Source: a virus
Taxonomy: Duplodnaviria; Caudoviricetes
Virus record (IMG/VR): IMGVR_UViG_3300025467_000019
Location: 1 to 59,062 of that record
Length of the DNA: 59,062 nt
Direction: 5' to 3' (one strand)
Made by a program: the position numbers and the translations under genes
The notes under the pieces: model-generated
What the model was told of the DNA's origin: nothing
The model's input: only the letters and a program-made list of their open reading frames with translations
The model's database searches: none
In this document: one piece after another, positions 1-8,367 of the stretch
How the letters are laid out: each line of letters starts with the position of its first letter
How positions within the stretch are numbered: the first letter of the stretch is position 1

Positions 1-53
1 CCATAATGTATAGATAATAAAGAAACAATCACGTTTCATTATTATAATGTTCT

Positions 54-347
54 ATGAAAATTCATATTCAATATGTGTATAGAGATGATTCATTAGTAGG
101 GGAACACGCTTCATTAGCTGGTTCTAATACATGTGAGGTACAAATACCTTCGTGGAGTAGATCTAATATCATTAAAGCTTGTTGTAAATTGGCTCTTTGG
201 GATAAGAGTGATTTAAAAGAAGCATTAGATGAAGATAGTGAAAAGTACTTCTACACTGAATTGGATTTGGGTGATAGCGATAGAAATAATGCAATCTTTG
301 CTGATTCTTATTTTGTAGCTAACTTCAATATTGTTCAAGTAGATTAA
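54..347 (+). CDS. hypothetical phage protein (97 aa)
   Basis: ATG ORF directly after TATAAT and followed by an intrinsic terminator; no recognised motif. Confidence 0.75.
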   Translation: MKIHIQYVYRDDSLVGEHASLAGSNTCEVQIPSWSRSNIIKACCKLALWDKSDLKEALDEDSEKYFYTELDLGDSDRNNAIFADSYFVANFNIVQVD

Positions 348-353
348 CATTTC

Positions 354-387
354 AAAGGGATATATCTTACCGGTATATCCCTTTTTT
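354..387 (+). terminator. intrinsic terminator
   Basis: aaagggatatatc-ttacc-ggtatatcccttt stem followed by a T-run. Confidence 0.8.
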
Positions 388-388
388 A

Positions 389-417
389 TTGCCTTTCTTC
401 AATAAAGTAACCATTAT
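389..417 (+). promoter_or_regulatory. sigma70-like early promoter
   Basis: TTGCCT-17 nt-CATTAT, 9 nt before the ATG at 427; same layout at 631-659. Confidence 0.6.
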
Positions 418-426
418 ATCTAAACA

Positions 427-627
427 ATGAATAAAGAAATATATTATACCATTCAAATTAAAACACGTGATTCTAATGATTGGAATACGTTTAACATAAA
501 CACTTCAAGTGATATTACTCCTAAGCAAGTAAAAGAGGCTACTCTTGAAGGAGCTACTAAGCTAATGAATAAGCTTGAAAAGGAGTTTAACTCATTCGGT
601 TGTTTATTTAAAATACAAAAGATTTAA
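427..627 (+). CDS. small hypothetical early protein (66 aa)
   Basis: ATG ORF with its own promoter-like element. Confidence 0.7.
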   Translation: MNKEIYYTIQIKTRDSNDWNTFNINTSSDITPKQVKEATLEGATKLMNKLEKEFNSFGCLFKIQKI

Positions 628-630
628 GGC

Positions 631-659
631 TTGCCGTTTAACGTAGCTTAAGACATTAT
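631..659 (+). promoter_or_regulatory. sigma70-like early promoter
   Basis: TTGCCG-17 nt-CATTAT, 6 nt before the ATG at 666. Confidence 0.6.
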
Positions 660-665
660 ACTAAT

Positions 666-857
666 ATGAAAGAATTAAAACAAACCTATATTATCTTTTT
701 GCAAAATGATCAGGTATATTGTACAGCCGAAACATATGACCTGGCTAATGAGATTATTAAAGCTGATATGTTAAAGGGTGCTATCATTCAACAAGTTAAT
801 CATATCACAAGTATTGAAGAAGGTATTCCAGTTACATTATCATATGAAAGCAATTAA
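666..857 (+). CDS. small hypothetical early protein (63 aa)
   Basis: ATG ORF with an upstream promoter-like element. Confidence 0.7.
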   Translation: MKELKQTYIIFLQNDQVYCTAETYDLANEIIKADMLKGAIIQQVNHITSIEEGIPVTLSYESN

Positions 858-1041
858 CTATGCAAGGCTAGCCGGCCTATTAGAAGGCACTATGGTATCA
901 GTACCATACTTTGTTAACACTCCAGGTTTTAAAGTAACTGACCCTGCTGCTTTTCGTAACTTTATGCAACAGCTAATCAACGAAGCCGAAGCTAAAGTAA
1001 AGGCAGAGGCAGAAGCAGAGGCATTAAATCAATACGAATAA
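844..1041 (+). CDS. small hypothetical protein (MKAINYARLAG..., 65 aa)
   Basis: ORF 778..1041 restarted at the in-frame ATG 844, which overlaps the end of the previous gene. Confidence 0.65.
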   Translation: MKAINYARLAGLLEGTMVSVPYFVNTPGFKVTDPAAFRNFMQQLINEAEAKVKAEAEAEALNQYE

Positions 1042-1112
1042 AGCTTGCCGAATAGGAAACAGGCATTACTATTGGCATTAGATCAACAATTATAAGATGC
1101 CAATATAATACT

Positions 1113-2639
1113 ATGAAACTTAAAGCTTTATTACTACTAGCGTTAACGGGTACGGTGCCGGTGTATTCGTACCAAGCACGTACAGCACCTACTACTGTTG
1201 TTAATACCCAGGGTATTAACCTATTAGATGACTTTGGACGTAACATCAACACCCATGGCATTACGTTAGTGGATTGGGAAGGTGAAGTAGCCAACCCTGC
1301 TATACAGATATATGTAGTGCCGGTGAGACCTGGTCTGGTAACCATTACAGCTACAGAGCCTAGAATCTATTTTAACAACCCAAGTATGGTGACTGGTACT
1401 GGTCCGGTCAAGCAGTTAACGTTTACTGACACTAACCCAAAAACTTTTACGGTATCGATCTTTCCAGATAAGTCCGGTGTAGATCAGGACTACACATTAA
1501 CCATCACCACCAATAGTGGCAATACAATAACCACTCAATACGTTAATGTACATGTAATAAGCCAGGACCAACCATTTAGAACATTAGATTATCCTATCAC
1601 GGTGGACTTCAGTCAAGATCAATCAGGTTTTTTCAATGACCCGGTTAAACGAGCCATAGCGGTTCAATCGGCTCAGGACTGGATGTACTTCTTTGATGGT
1701 ACGGGATTGGACACAGTACCGGTAGGGGCGGAGACAACCAGCATATGGGATATGAACACCTACACTACCAGTCATAAGGTGACCAATTCAGTGGCCTACA
1801 AAGGGTACTTGTTGTATGCGTATGGGGTGGTGAACAGTACGGAGACATCTGGTGGGGAGGGGTCATATGCCGGTAGACCACAAACCATTAACGGCCAACA
1901 ACTACCACAAAGACGGTCAGGTGGGTACGAGGCGTACATCAACGGTAACTACAATCTACTAGGGTGGTCATTGGATACGAATGCTGAAGATTGGTGGAAG
2001 GCAACCAACCTAGGCAACACCATTAACGACTTAATGTCCATATCTCATCACGAAATCGGACACGCAATATGTTTTAGTACTGCTAACACAACATGGAACA
2101 AGTACCAGACCCAGGGGTATGTGGATGACCCACGCGTGGTGCAGTACCAAGGTAATAAGCCCACGGTAGATGTGCATAGTCATTTAGCAGGCAACGTAGA
2201 CCGTCAGTCAGGTAAAGGCGCCTTTGGTAATGAGTACAATGGCATAATGCCTAATTGTAGGTGGATAATGACCAAGCTAGACTTATTAGTAGCACAGGCA
2301 TGTGGGTACAAGTTAAGGGACACCTCAGCGTTTAAAAGCTTACAATTAACCACCACCAGTATACCTAATGCAAGTGCCAACGTGGCGTACAGTACAACAC
2401 TAGTAGCTACTGGAGGTATCCCGTTTTACAATTGGACCATCACACAAGGTACATTACCTACCGGACTAACAATAGATCCTTTTAGTGGTATTATATCTGG
2501 TACCCCTACCATACCAGGCACCTATACCTTCACTGTACAAGTAGAGGAGTACGATAGCAACACTTTACCAGTACACCAAACATATACGATCAACGTTAAT
2601 GGTACAGCAAAGACATTAAACCGTAGACAACTTCGTTGA
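1113..2639 (+). CDS. secreted zincin-type metallopeptidase with C-terminal putative Ig (He_PIG-like) domain
   Basis: Signal peptide MKLKALLLLALTG; HEIGH zinc motif; C-terminal YSTTLVATGG...GTLPTGLTIDPFSGIISGTPT...GTYTFTVQV typical of putative Ig domains. Confidence 0.75.
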   Translation: MKLKALLLLALTGTVPVYSYQARTAPTTVVNTQGINLLDDFGRNINTHGITLVDWEGEVANPAIQIYVVPVRPGLVTITATEPRIYFNNPSMVTGTGPVKQLTFTDTNPKTFTVSIFPDKSGVDQDYTLTITTNSGNTITTQYVNVHVISQDQPFRTLDYPITVDFSQDQSGFFNDPVKRAIAVQSAQDWMYFFDGTGLDTVPVGAETTSIWDMNTYTTSHKVTNSVAYKGYLLYAYGVVNSTETSGGEGSYAGRPQTINGQQLPQRRSGGYEAYINGNYNLLGWSLDTNAEDWWKATNLGNTINDLMSISHHEIGHAICFSTANTTWNKYQTQGYVDDPRVVQYQGNKPTVDVHSHLAGNVDRQSGKGAFGNEYNGIMPNCRWIMTKLDLLVAQACGYKLRDTSAFKSLQLTTTSIPNASANVAYSTTLVATGGIPFYNWTITQGTLPTGLTIDPFSGIISGTPTIPGTYTFTVQVEEYDSNTLPVHQTYTINVNGTAKTLNRRQLR

Positions 2640-2732
2640 ACATTTATGTTGACCTTTATTGGTGCCTGTACCAACATCTTCTATCTAGTCAGATAGACTA
2701 GACATACATAGGACAGACACAACACACACACA

Positions 2733-2790
2733 ACATAGACTGACCTACTAGATGGTTTAACTTTTTTCTGTCTAGTAGGTCTTTCTATGT
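2733..2790. other. long imperfect inverted repeat (hairpin)
   Basis: acatagactgacctactagatgg pairs with ctgtctagtaggtctttctatgt. Confidence 0.75.
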
Positions 2791-2965
2791 ACATTGGATT
2801 ATAGATCCGGTCTTGGAAATTTGAATTTCAAAATCCAGAAGTACAACCAAATTCGGAAGTGTGATACCATTTGAATGTACACTCATACCGGCACACCATA
2901 GCCCTTTTACACCACATCACCTTACGTGGTAGTTTATTACTTTAGATACATCCATAAATAATGGT

Positions 2966-3097
2966 ATGGATAACGATTACGATAAAGCACTTAATGACAT
3001 ACCTATGAGTGGTAAAGATAAACTAACGTTGTGGGTAGTATCCGTACTCACCTTCCTTTTCTTTATACTAGCCTTACTCGTTAACTTTTACTACTAG
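2966..3097 (+). CDS. 43-aa single-transmembrane protein (not in ORF track)
   Basis: MDNDYDKALNDIPMSGKDKLTLWVVSVLTFLFFILALLVNFYY; TAAATA at 2955-2960 just upstream, as for other late genes. Confidence 0.6.
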   Translation: MDNDYDKALNDIPMSGKDKLTLWVVSVLTFLFFILALLVNFYY

Positions 3098-3220
3098 TAC
3101 CTACACAGCACTGTGTAACGTACACACACATGCTTGTGTAAGATCGGTCTCTGTACCGGTACCATACCACGTACACGGGTATACTCTTCTATATAAAGAA
3201 GCACTCTGTGTACATATACC

Positions 3221-3284
3221 ATACGTTAAGGCCTTATACATTGTACCGTATCATATGTTAAGGCCATATACATTGTACCTTATC
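3221..3284. repeat. tandem direct repeat, 2 x 32 bp
   Basis: atacgttaaggccttatacattgtaccgtatc and atatgttaaggccatatacattgtaccttatc, 29/32 identical. Confidence 0.9.
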
Positions 3285-3769
3285 ACCATACACCTATACG
3301 CTCTCTTTCTCTCTTTGCTTATAGGCTTGCTAGGGCCGGCTCTTATAATTGGGCTCGCTATATAGTCAAGCTTTTTTTTTGGCCCGTAGCAAAATAGTAA
3401 CCAGTATCTATATAACCAATGTTTGTTTCCAACCAGGTATTTTTTTCAAACCATCTCAAAATCAATACATAAGGGCAAAAATTAGTATTATATATGTTGA
3501 AAAAAAAGTCAACTAAAAAGTTGCATGCCGACTTTTTAGTATATCCCAAAAGCCTATTTCCTATATTACCTTTCCTTCGGAAATCCGTATTCTTGGGGTA
3601 CTCAAAAATTTTTCGCGCGCATATTTTTTTGGTAAAAAACCTATATAGGGGGGAATTATGATATCCCATTTACATATACTGTTAGGTAGTTATGCGTTAC
3701 AGGGCTTTCGAAAAATAGTTATCTATTAGTTGATTTTCGTTTTAGGTAATTTATAATCTGTGTATTCTT

Positions 3770-4069
3770 ATGAAACATAACAACAACAATCACAGATACA
3801 ACACAAATGTAAACGTAACGCTCTTGCCCGCACCGGTAGGTAAGGTGTACAGGAAAGATATAAATGCTGAAGTGAAGCCCCGGGTATACAAGCCCCGTGC
3901 ACCATGGGCCATAAAGCTAGCCAAATTGCCGGTTGGGGGTTCTTTGCCAGTACCGGATAAGATCGTGCAACGTAGCATGTATTTATATGCTGAGAGAATG
4001 GGATATAAGGTAACTGTAAAGAACGACCATTTACAAGAGGCCCCATTACGTTGTTACAGATTAGCTTAA
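3770..4069 (+). CDS. small basic protein, possibly DNA-binding
   Basis: K/R-rich; LPVGGSLPVP...GYKVTVK...LRCYRLA pattern resembles small phage DNA-binding proteins; TTGATT-16-TATAAT upstream (3730-3757). Confidence 0.65.
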   Translation: MKHNNNNHRYNTNVNVTLLPAPVGKVYRKDINAEVKPRVYKPRAPWAIKLAKLPVGGSLPVPDKIVQRSMYLYAERMGYKVTVKNDHLQEAPLRCYRLA

Positions 4070-4094
4070 CATTATAACTATATACATACAAAAC

Positions 4095-4631
4095 ATGAAT
4101 CCGATACAGATTAACAGTAGTGTAGAAGAAGTAAGCAATATGCCATCTGCCTGTCCTTTCCATAGTCTTGGGACAGCGATGATCAACGAGATAGTGCCAC
4201 CGGTGTTAAACATAACACGTTATGGTATCCTAAAAATGAGTCGTATAGCGAATGTGGTACCGTGTGTACGGTCAGAATTTCCTAACCGTACCTGGGACAT
4301 TATTCTTATAGATAAGAATACAAGGGTGTTAGAGAACGCCAAAATTGGGTGGGTATATTTTATTGTAGTGGGATTGAGAATAATTAAGGTAGGTAGTGCA
4401 GAAAACATTAACAACCGTTTATATGGGTTTGAACAATCCAGGTCCTTAGCTGATAAGAAACACTCTACTGATACTAACGTGAAGCGGGAATTTGAGAGCG
4501 ATTTAGCAAGTGGTAAAGTGGTATCGGTATATGCCTTTCAGTCCGATAGTTATAGGGCGGTGGAGAGATCGGTACTAGCAGTTATGTCGGCAGCTGGGTA
4601 CTTGCCTGCTGGTAACCGTAATCGCAATTGA
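4095..4631 (+). CDS. GIY-YIG endonuclease, T4 endonuclease II (DenA)-like
   Basis: GWVYFI...IIKVGSAENINNRL...GKVVSVYA...VE...LPAGN follows the GIY-YIG/EndoII motif order. Confidence 0.7.
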   Translation: MNPIQINSSVEEVSNMPSACPFHSLGTAMINEIVPPVLNITRYGILKMSRIANVVPCVRSEFPNRTWDIILIDKNTRVLENAKIGWVYFIVVGLRIIKVGSAENINNRLYGFEQSRSLADKKHSTDTNVKREFESDLASGKVVSVYAFQSDSYRAVERSVLAVMSAAGYLPAGNRNRN

Positions 4632-4643
4632 TAACACGCACAT

Positions 4644-4841
4644 ATGAGTTATTACACAACAAACACAAACGACAAGGTGCAGTTAAGGGAGAGCAAGACC
4701 GGCAACATAGCACTCGAGATCCATACCTCCACCTACGGGGGCACTAAGGACAGTTATGTTAGTGGGGATGAGTTAATCATTCACACCAACAATGGGGTTA
4801 CGTGGGTGTATTCGGCTAGCAAACGCTACCGGATAAGGTAA
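4644..4841 (+). CDS. hypothetical protein (65 aa)
   Basis: ATG ORF tightly packed in a co-directional run. Confidence 0.65.
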   Translation: MSYYTTNTNDKVQLRESKTGNIALEIHTSTYGGTKDSYVSGDELIIHTNNGVTWVYSASKRYRIR

Positions 4842-4853
4842 GTGTTATTTGTA

Positions 4854-5399
4854 ATGAAAAAAAGACCTATACACGGGGATGTACTAGCGCATGTACGGTT
4901 GCAGTTAACATACGATACCGAACTGTTGTCTAAAAAAGAACTCAAGGCCTTAAGGTATGTGCGCTCTTTAACGCAAAACATTGACCACTACGGGGGTAAG
5001 TCCTTTGATAAACACCTCTACGGCACTCTGTCTTTGTTGAAACACTTTAACCAATCAGAGGATGTTTGCTTGGCTGGCCTGTACCACGCCATCTATGGCA
5101 CCGAGTACTTTAGCCACAACATTAAAGTCGATAGAACCACGGTCACAAAGTACATAGGCAAGTATGCAGAGGAGTTGGTGCACGTGTTCTGTTCCCCGGA
5201 AAGAGATCGAAACATCATAAACAATAGATTAAACAAACCACTCACCTGTTGGAAGGACCTACTCTATATACTATATGCAAATGCTATAGAGCAGATCCCA
5301 GAACCTGATCAACCAAATCAAAACGCCATGCTCGGGTTCTGCAAAACCGTACAGGAACGCATTATATGGTGTGAAAACACTCTAGATGGTAATGTGTGA
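4854..5399 (+). CDS. DUF6817-like (HD-fold-related) protein
   Basis: DHYGGKSFDKHLYGT...VCLAGLYHAIYGTEYF...IGKYAEELVHVFC signature; start moved to the first ATG. Confidence 0.7.
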   Translation: MKKRPIHGDVLAHVRLQLTYDTELLSKKELKALRYVRSLTQNIDHYGGKSFDKHLYGTLSLLKHFNQSEDVCLAGLYHAIYGTEYFSHNIKVDRTTVTKYIGKYAEELVHVFCSPERDRNIINNRLNKPLTCWKDLLYILYANAIEQIPEPDQPNQNAMLGFCKTVQERIIWCENTLDGNV

Positions 5400-5435
5400 G
5401 TGGAACTATTAACTATTTCAACTTAATATAATTAT

Positions 5436-5966
5436 ATGTCTCACCACACCACTACACAATCCCCCCTGTTCAAGGACCTGTACGTTAGTATCGTTAATAC
5501 GTTAGTAGCTAAGTGGCCCATTAATAACGAGGGGGACATAAAGCACATAGCTTCTATCGCCCTTAAGGTAGCAACCATTGCCCATGATACGCACTACACT
5601 ACCACTGTAAACGCACAACCTGAGAACCCCTTTGCTGGTAAATTTGATGATACCCTCACCAAAGAAATACTTTCAAACGTGACCTGGCAGTTCAATTCAT
5701 ATACCCCCAAACCTGGGGTACCTGCCTATAATGAATGGGTATCAAAAGTGGATAGCTTTGCTTCTAATGATAATGCAGTTAGAGAGGCTAAAGAGGAACA
5801 ACAACAGCAACAACTCCGGGGTAAGTCCAGACTCGAAGAGTTTAAAAAGAGGTGGGCGGGGATGGAACCTGCGGTTCCAGAAGTAAAGAAGGTTAAAAAG
5901 AAGTTTGTTGGTGGGGTTTGGGGTACAGCTGAAGGCGAAAGCAACTCAAGCCATTACCAGATTTAG
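5436..5966 (+). CDS. hypothetical protein (176 aa)
   Basis: ATG ORF with TATAAT immediately upstream. Confidence 0.7.
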   Translation: MSHHTTTQSPLFKDLYVSIVNTLVAKWPINNEGDIKHIASIALKVATIAHDTHYTTTVNAQPENPFAGKFDDTLTKEILSNVTWQFNSYTPKPGVPAYNEWVSKVDSFASNDNAVREAKEEQQQQQLRGKSRLEEFKKRWAGMEPAVPEVKKVKKKFVGGVWGTAEGESNSSHYQI

Positions 5967-6628
5967 GACTTAAATCGTAGCAAGTGGTTTTCCCCATCGA
6001 GGTGTTTTTCCTCTTTAATGAGTGCTTTCACGCGCTCTATACTCACGTACTCTTCATTAATGTACCAGTCTTCAAAACTACCCACATCCCCGCATATCAT
6101 TGTGTACCCGGCCTCCGTAAGTAGTTGTCTTGATTTATCTCTCCACCCATCCCCAAACCTATAGGCATCGTGTTCGTAGGTTATGACCGAAAAACTTACC
6201 CTATCCAAGGGCACGTTCTGGAGAGATTTAAAGGTAACACTCGCTGGCTCCAAATCAAAGCTAGCATAATCAATGTGGTTAGTACTTAATGTAGAACAAA
6301 TAGTATCCCAATTAAGAGCGGTTGCATCAGCAGTCCACATCAAGTTTTTACGTGTTGATACCTTCCACATTGGTTCAAACTGTCTATCGAAATCCACCGA
6401 TAACCCTTTCCATTGAAAGCTTTGTTCTAATAAAAGTGTGTTGTTAATATAATATGGTTTGTTGCAACCTAATTCTACATACGTACCATTGGTCAACCCG
6501 TTCAGACAACTCATTACAAATAGGTCTTGGCCTGCTTGAGAGTGATACTGTGGGGTTTTGTCTGCACCGTTAAACGGCACCGTTAACCAACCACTTTTTA
6601 GTTCTTTAGCAGACGTGTTCAATTTCAT
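5963..6628 (-). CDS. FkbM-family SAM-dependent methyltransferase
   Basis: YHSQAGQDLFV...GTYVELG...NNTLLLE...WKGLSVD...IDYASFDLE...FSVITYEHD...EDWY. Confidence 0.8.
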   Translation of the reverse strand: MKLNTSAKELKSGWLTVPFNGADKTPQYHSQAGQDLFVMSCLNGLTNGTYVELGCNKPYYINNTLLLEQSFQWKGLSVDFDRQFEPMWKVSTRKNLMWTADATALNWDTICSTLSTNHIDYASFDLEPASVTFKSLQNVPLDRVSFSVITYEHDAYRFGDGWRDKSRQLLTEAGYTMICGDVGSFEDWYINEEYVSIERVKALIKEEKHLDGENHLLRFKS

Positions 6629-6661
6629 ACATTTAATTAGAAATAAAACAATATAATCAAT

Positions 6662-6692
6662 AAAAAACCCTTACCGTTTAAGGCAAGGGTTT
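6662..6692 (-). terminator. intrinsic terminator
   Basis: aaacccttac/gcaagggttt stem with an A-run on + (U-run on -), downstream of the 6705 gene. Confidence 0.7.
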
Positions 6693-6704
6693 AAAGAGAT
6701 TGTT

Positions 6705-6932
6705 TTACTTTGTAGGCGGGGCATCAGAAGGCGGGGCATCTGTTGCGGGTTTCTTTTTATGTTTCTTATGCTTTTTTGGAGCATCCACTGGTGCTATATT
6801 GCCTGTTGTTGCAGGTGTGGTTGTGGTTGTTGTAGGAGCCGGAGCGGGTTGAGTGGCTTGCGCAAACCCAACATTTACTACTTCGAGCGCTATAGCTCCT
6901 GCAAGTACTAATAATATATTTTTGTACTGCAT
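6705..6932 (-). CDS. small exported low-complexity protein
   Basis: Signal peptide ending GFA-QA, P/T-rich linker, KKHKKHKKK patch; TAAGTA on the minus strand at 6940-6949. Confidence 0.7.
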   Translation of the reverse strand: MQYKNILLVLAGAIALEVVNVGFAQATQPAPAPTTTTTTPATTGNIAPVDAPKKHKKHKKKPATDAPPSDAPPTK

Positions 6933-7008
6933 AGACAAATACTTACTTATTTTCTATTGATAATACAAATTATTGATTTATTTTTTTTATATATAAATAT
7001 ATCTATAT

Positions 7009-7677
7009 ATGATACGTAGAATGTTTAAAAATCAACCCACTGTTTATAACGATAAAGTTTGTATTTATAAATTTAAGGGTATGAAAAAATTTGGGCCAGG
7101 TACAGATTTTAATAAAAAAGTAAACCTCTATTTTAATAATCCTATTTTTAGTAATAGAACTAAACCTTCAGAACAGAACGGTAAAGGTAAAGCTATCACC
7201 TCTGTAGGGTTGAATGGGGTGTTGCCTTTTTTTAAAAGTATAGGGCTTGAGGGCACAGAGTTGAACGACTGGTTAAAGAAAACGTTCTATAAGGCTGCAA
7301 AAGATATGGAGTTGCCAGTTGATCCTAAGATACATAAACAGGTGTTTTTACGTTCGTGGGCCAATCGTATGTATAAAGAAGTATCTGGAAATGCACACAT
7401 TCACGGTAACGTCTGTCACCTTGTTGGTATTTTTTATTACGAAGTGCCAAAAAATAGCTCTAAGTTGATATTTGTTAATGAGCACATTTATGACGTACCA
7501 GTAGATAAATTAAATAAAGAAAAACTAGAATACCTCGATCCAGAGCCTGGTATGCTTGTTTGTCATGATCCATGGATTCCGCATGCAGTAAGTGAGCACG
7601 GTAATGAACTACCACGTACGTGTTTTGTTTTTGATATACAATTTCCCGGGGTACCGTTGCCTAAAAAACAGCAATAA
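7009..7677 (+). CDS. putative 2OG-Fe(II) oxygenase (TIGR02466-like)
   Basis: SWAN...HIH...LVGIFYYEVP...PEPGMLV...WIPHAVSEH...RTCFVFD. Confidence 0.8.
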   Translation: MIRRMFKNQPTVYNDKVCIYKFKGMKKFGPGTDFNKKVNLYFNNPIFSNRTKPSEQNGKGKAITSVGLNGVLPFFKSIGLEGTELNDWLKKTFYKAAKDMELPVDPKIHKQVFLRSWANRMYKEVSGNAHIHGNVCHLVGIFYYEVPKNSSKLIFVNEHIYDVPVDKLNKEKLEYLDPEPGMLVCHDPWIPHAVSEHGNELPRTCFVFDIQFPGVPLPKKQQ

Positions 7678-7732
7678 AACTTTTATAAGAAAGTTTATTA
7701 AAAAAACTAATAATAAATCACTAAATATTAAC

Positions 7733-8080
7733 ATGCCAAGAGATAATAGCTTTAATAAACTCGTTCAATTATTAGAAACCGTTGATACCAACTTAAACTC
7801 AAACCCACCTGTAGTGGATGAAGGTCATGGTGGTACACATATGGCTATTGCACAAGTAGCAGAAATACTACGCAATGCCCAACACCTAATGGATTTATTA
7901 GAGAGTTTACCAAAAGAAACTTGCTTAGAACCTTGGCAACAATCAAAGCTCACCCTAGCTAATGATTATCTCGAGAGTGTAAAAACTGCAATGTCATCTC
8001 CTGATGCAGATGATCAAGAAGGTCACGGCCACGATATAGAGGAAATCGATATCGAACCAACAGAACTAGAGCTTAAGTAA
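7733..8080 (+). CDS. hypothetical late protein
   Basis: Start at ATG 7733 after TAAATA (7722-7727); LEPWQQSKLTLANDYL resembles a motif I recall from large T4-like phage proteins. Confidence 0.7.
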   Translation: MPRDNSFNKLVQLLETVDTNLNSNPPVVDEGHGGTHMAIAQVAEILRNAQHLMDLLESLPKETCLEPWQQSKLTLANDYLESVKTAMSSPDADDQEGHGHDIEEIDIEPTELELK

Positions 8081-8082
8081 TT

Positions 8083-8364
8083 TTAATCGACAAAGTCGAT
8101 ATTATTAAATCTCTTTTCGTATTCTTTTGTAGTAGAATCTACTTTACCTGCATATTCAAACCCTGTGGTGCAGTTCTTAGCAGCCACATATAGTTCGTAA
8201 TTATTTGCAAATCTACCCTTTGCTAAGACTTCGCATACATGAGAAAAAGCTTCTTTTGTTTTAAACTTTAGCTTTTTGTTGTTCGGTAACTGTAATGTGA
8301 AATAATCGTTTTGTTTCATTAAATGTTTTACAATTGTATTTAACAAATTAGTGTAATAACTCAA
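8083..8364 (-). CDS. hypothetical protein (93 aa)
   Basis: ORF abutting the upstream fibre gene on the same strand. Confidence 0.6.
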   Translation of the reverse strand: MSYYTNLLNTIVKHLMKQNDYFTLQLPNNKKLKFKTKEAFSHVCEVLAKGRFANNYELYVAAKNCTTGFEYAGKVDSTTKEYEKRFNNIDFVD

Positions 8365-8367
8365 CTA

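Noticed and set aside
3358-3669. 103-aa minus-strand ORF in the non-coding region
   Set aside because: Its composition is driven by A/T tracts and it has no motif; probably spurious, though not excluded
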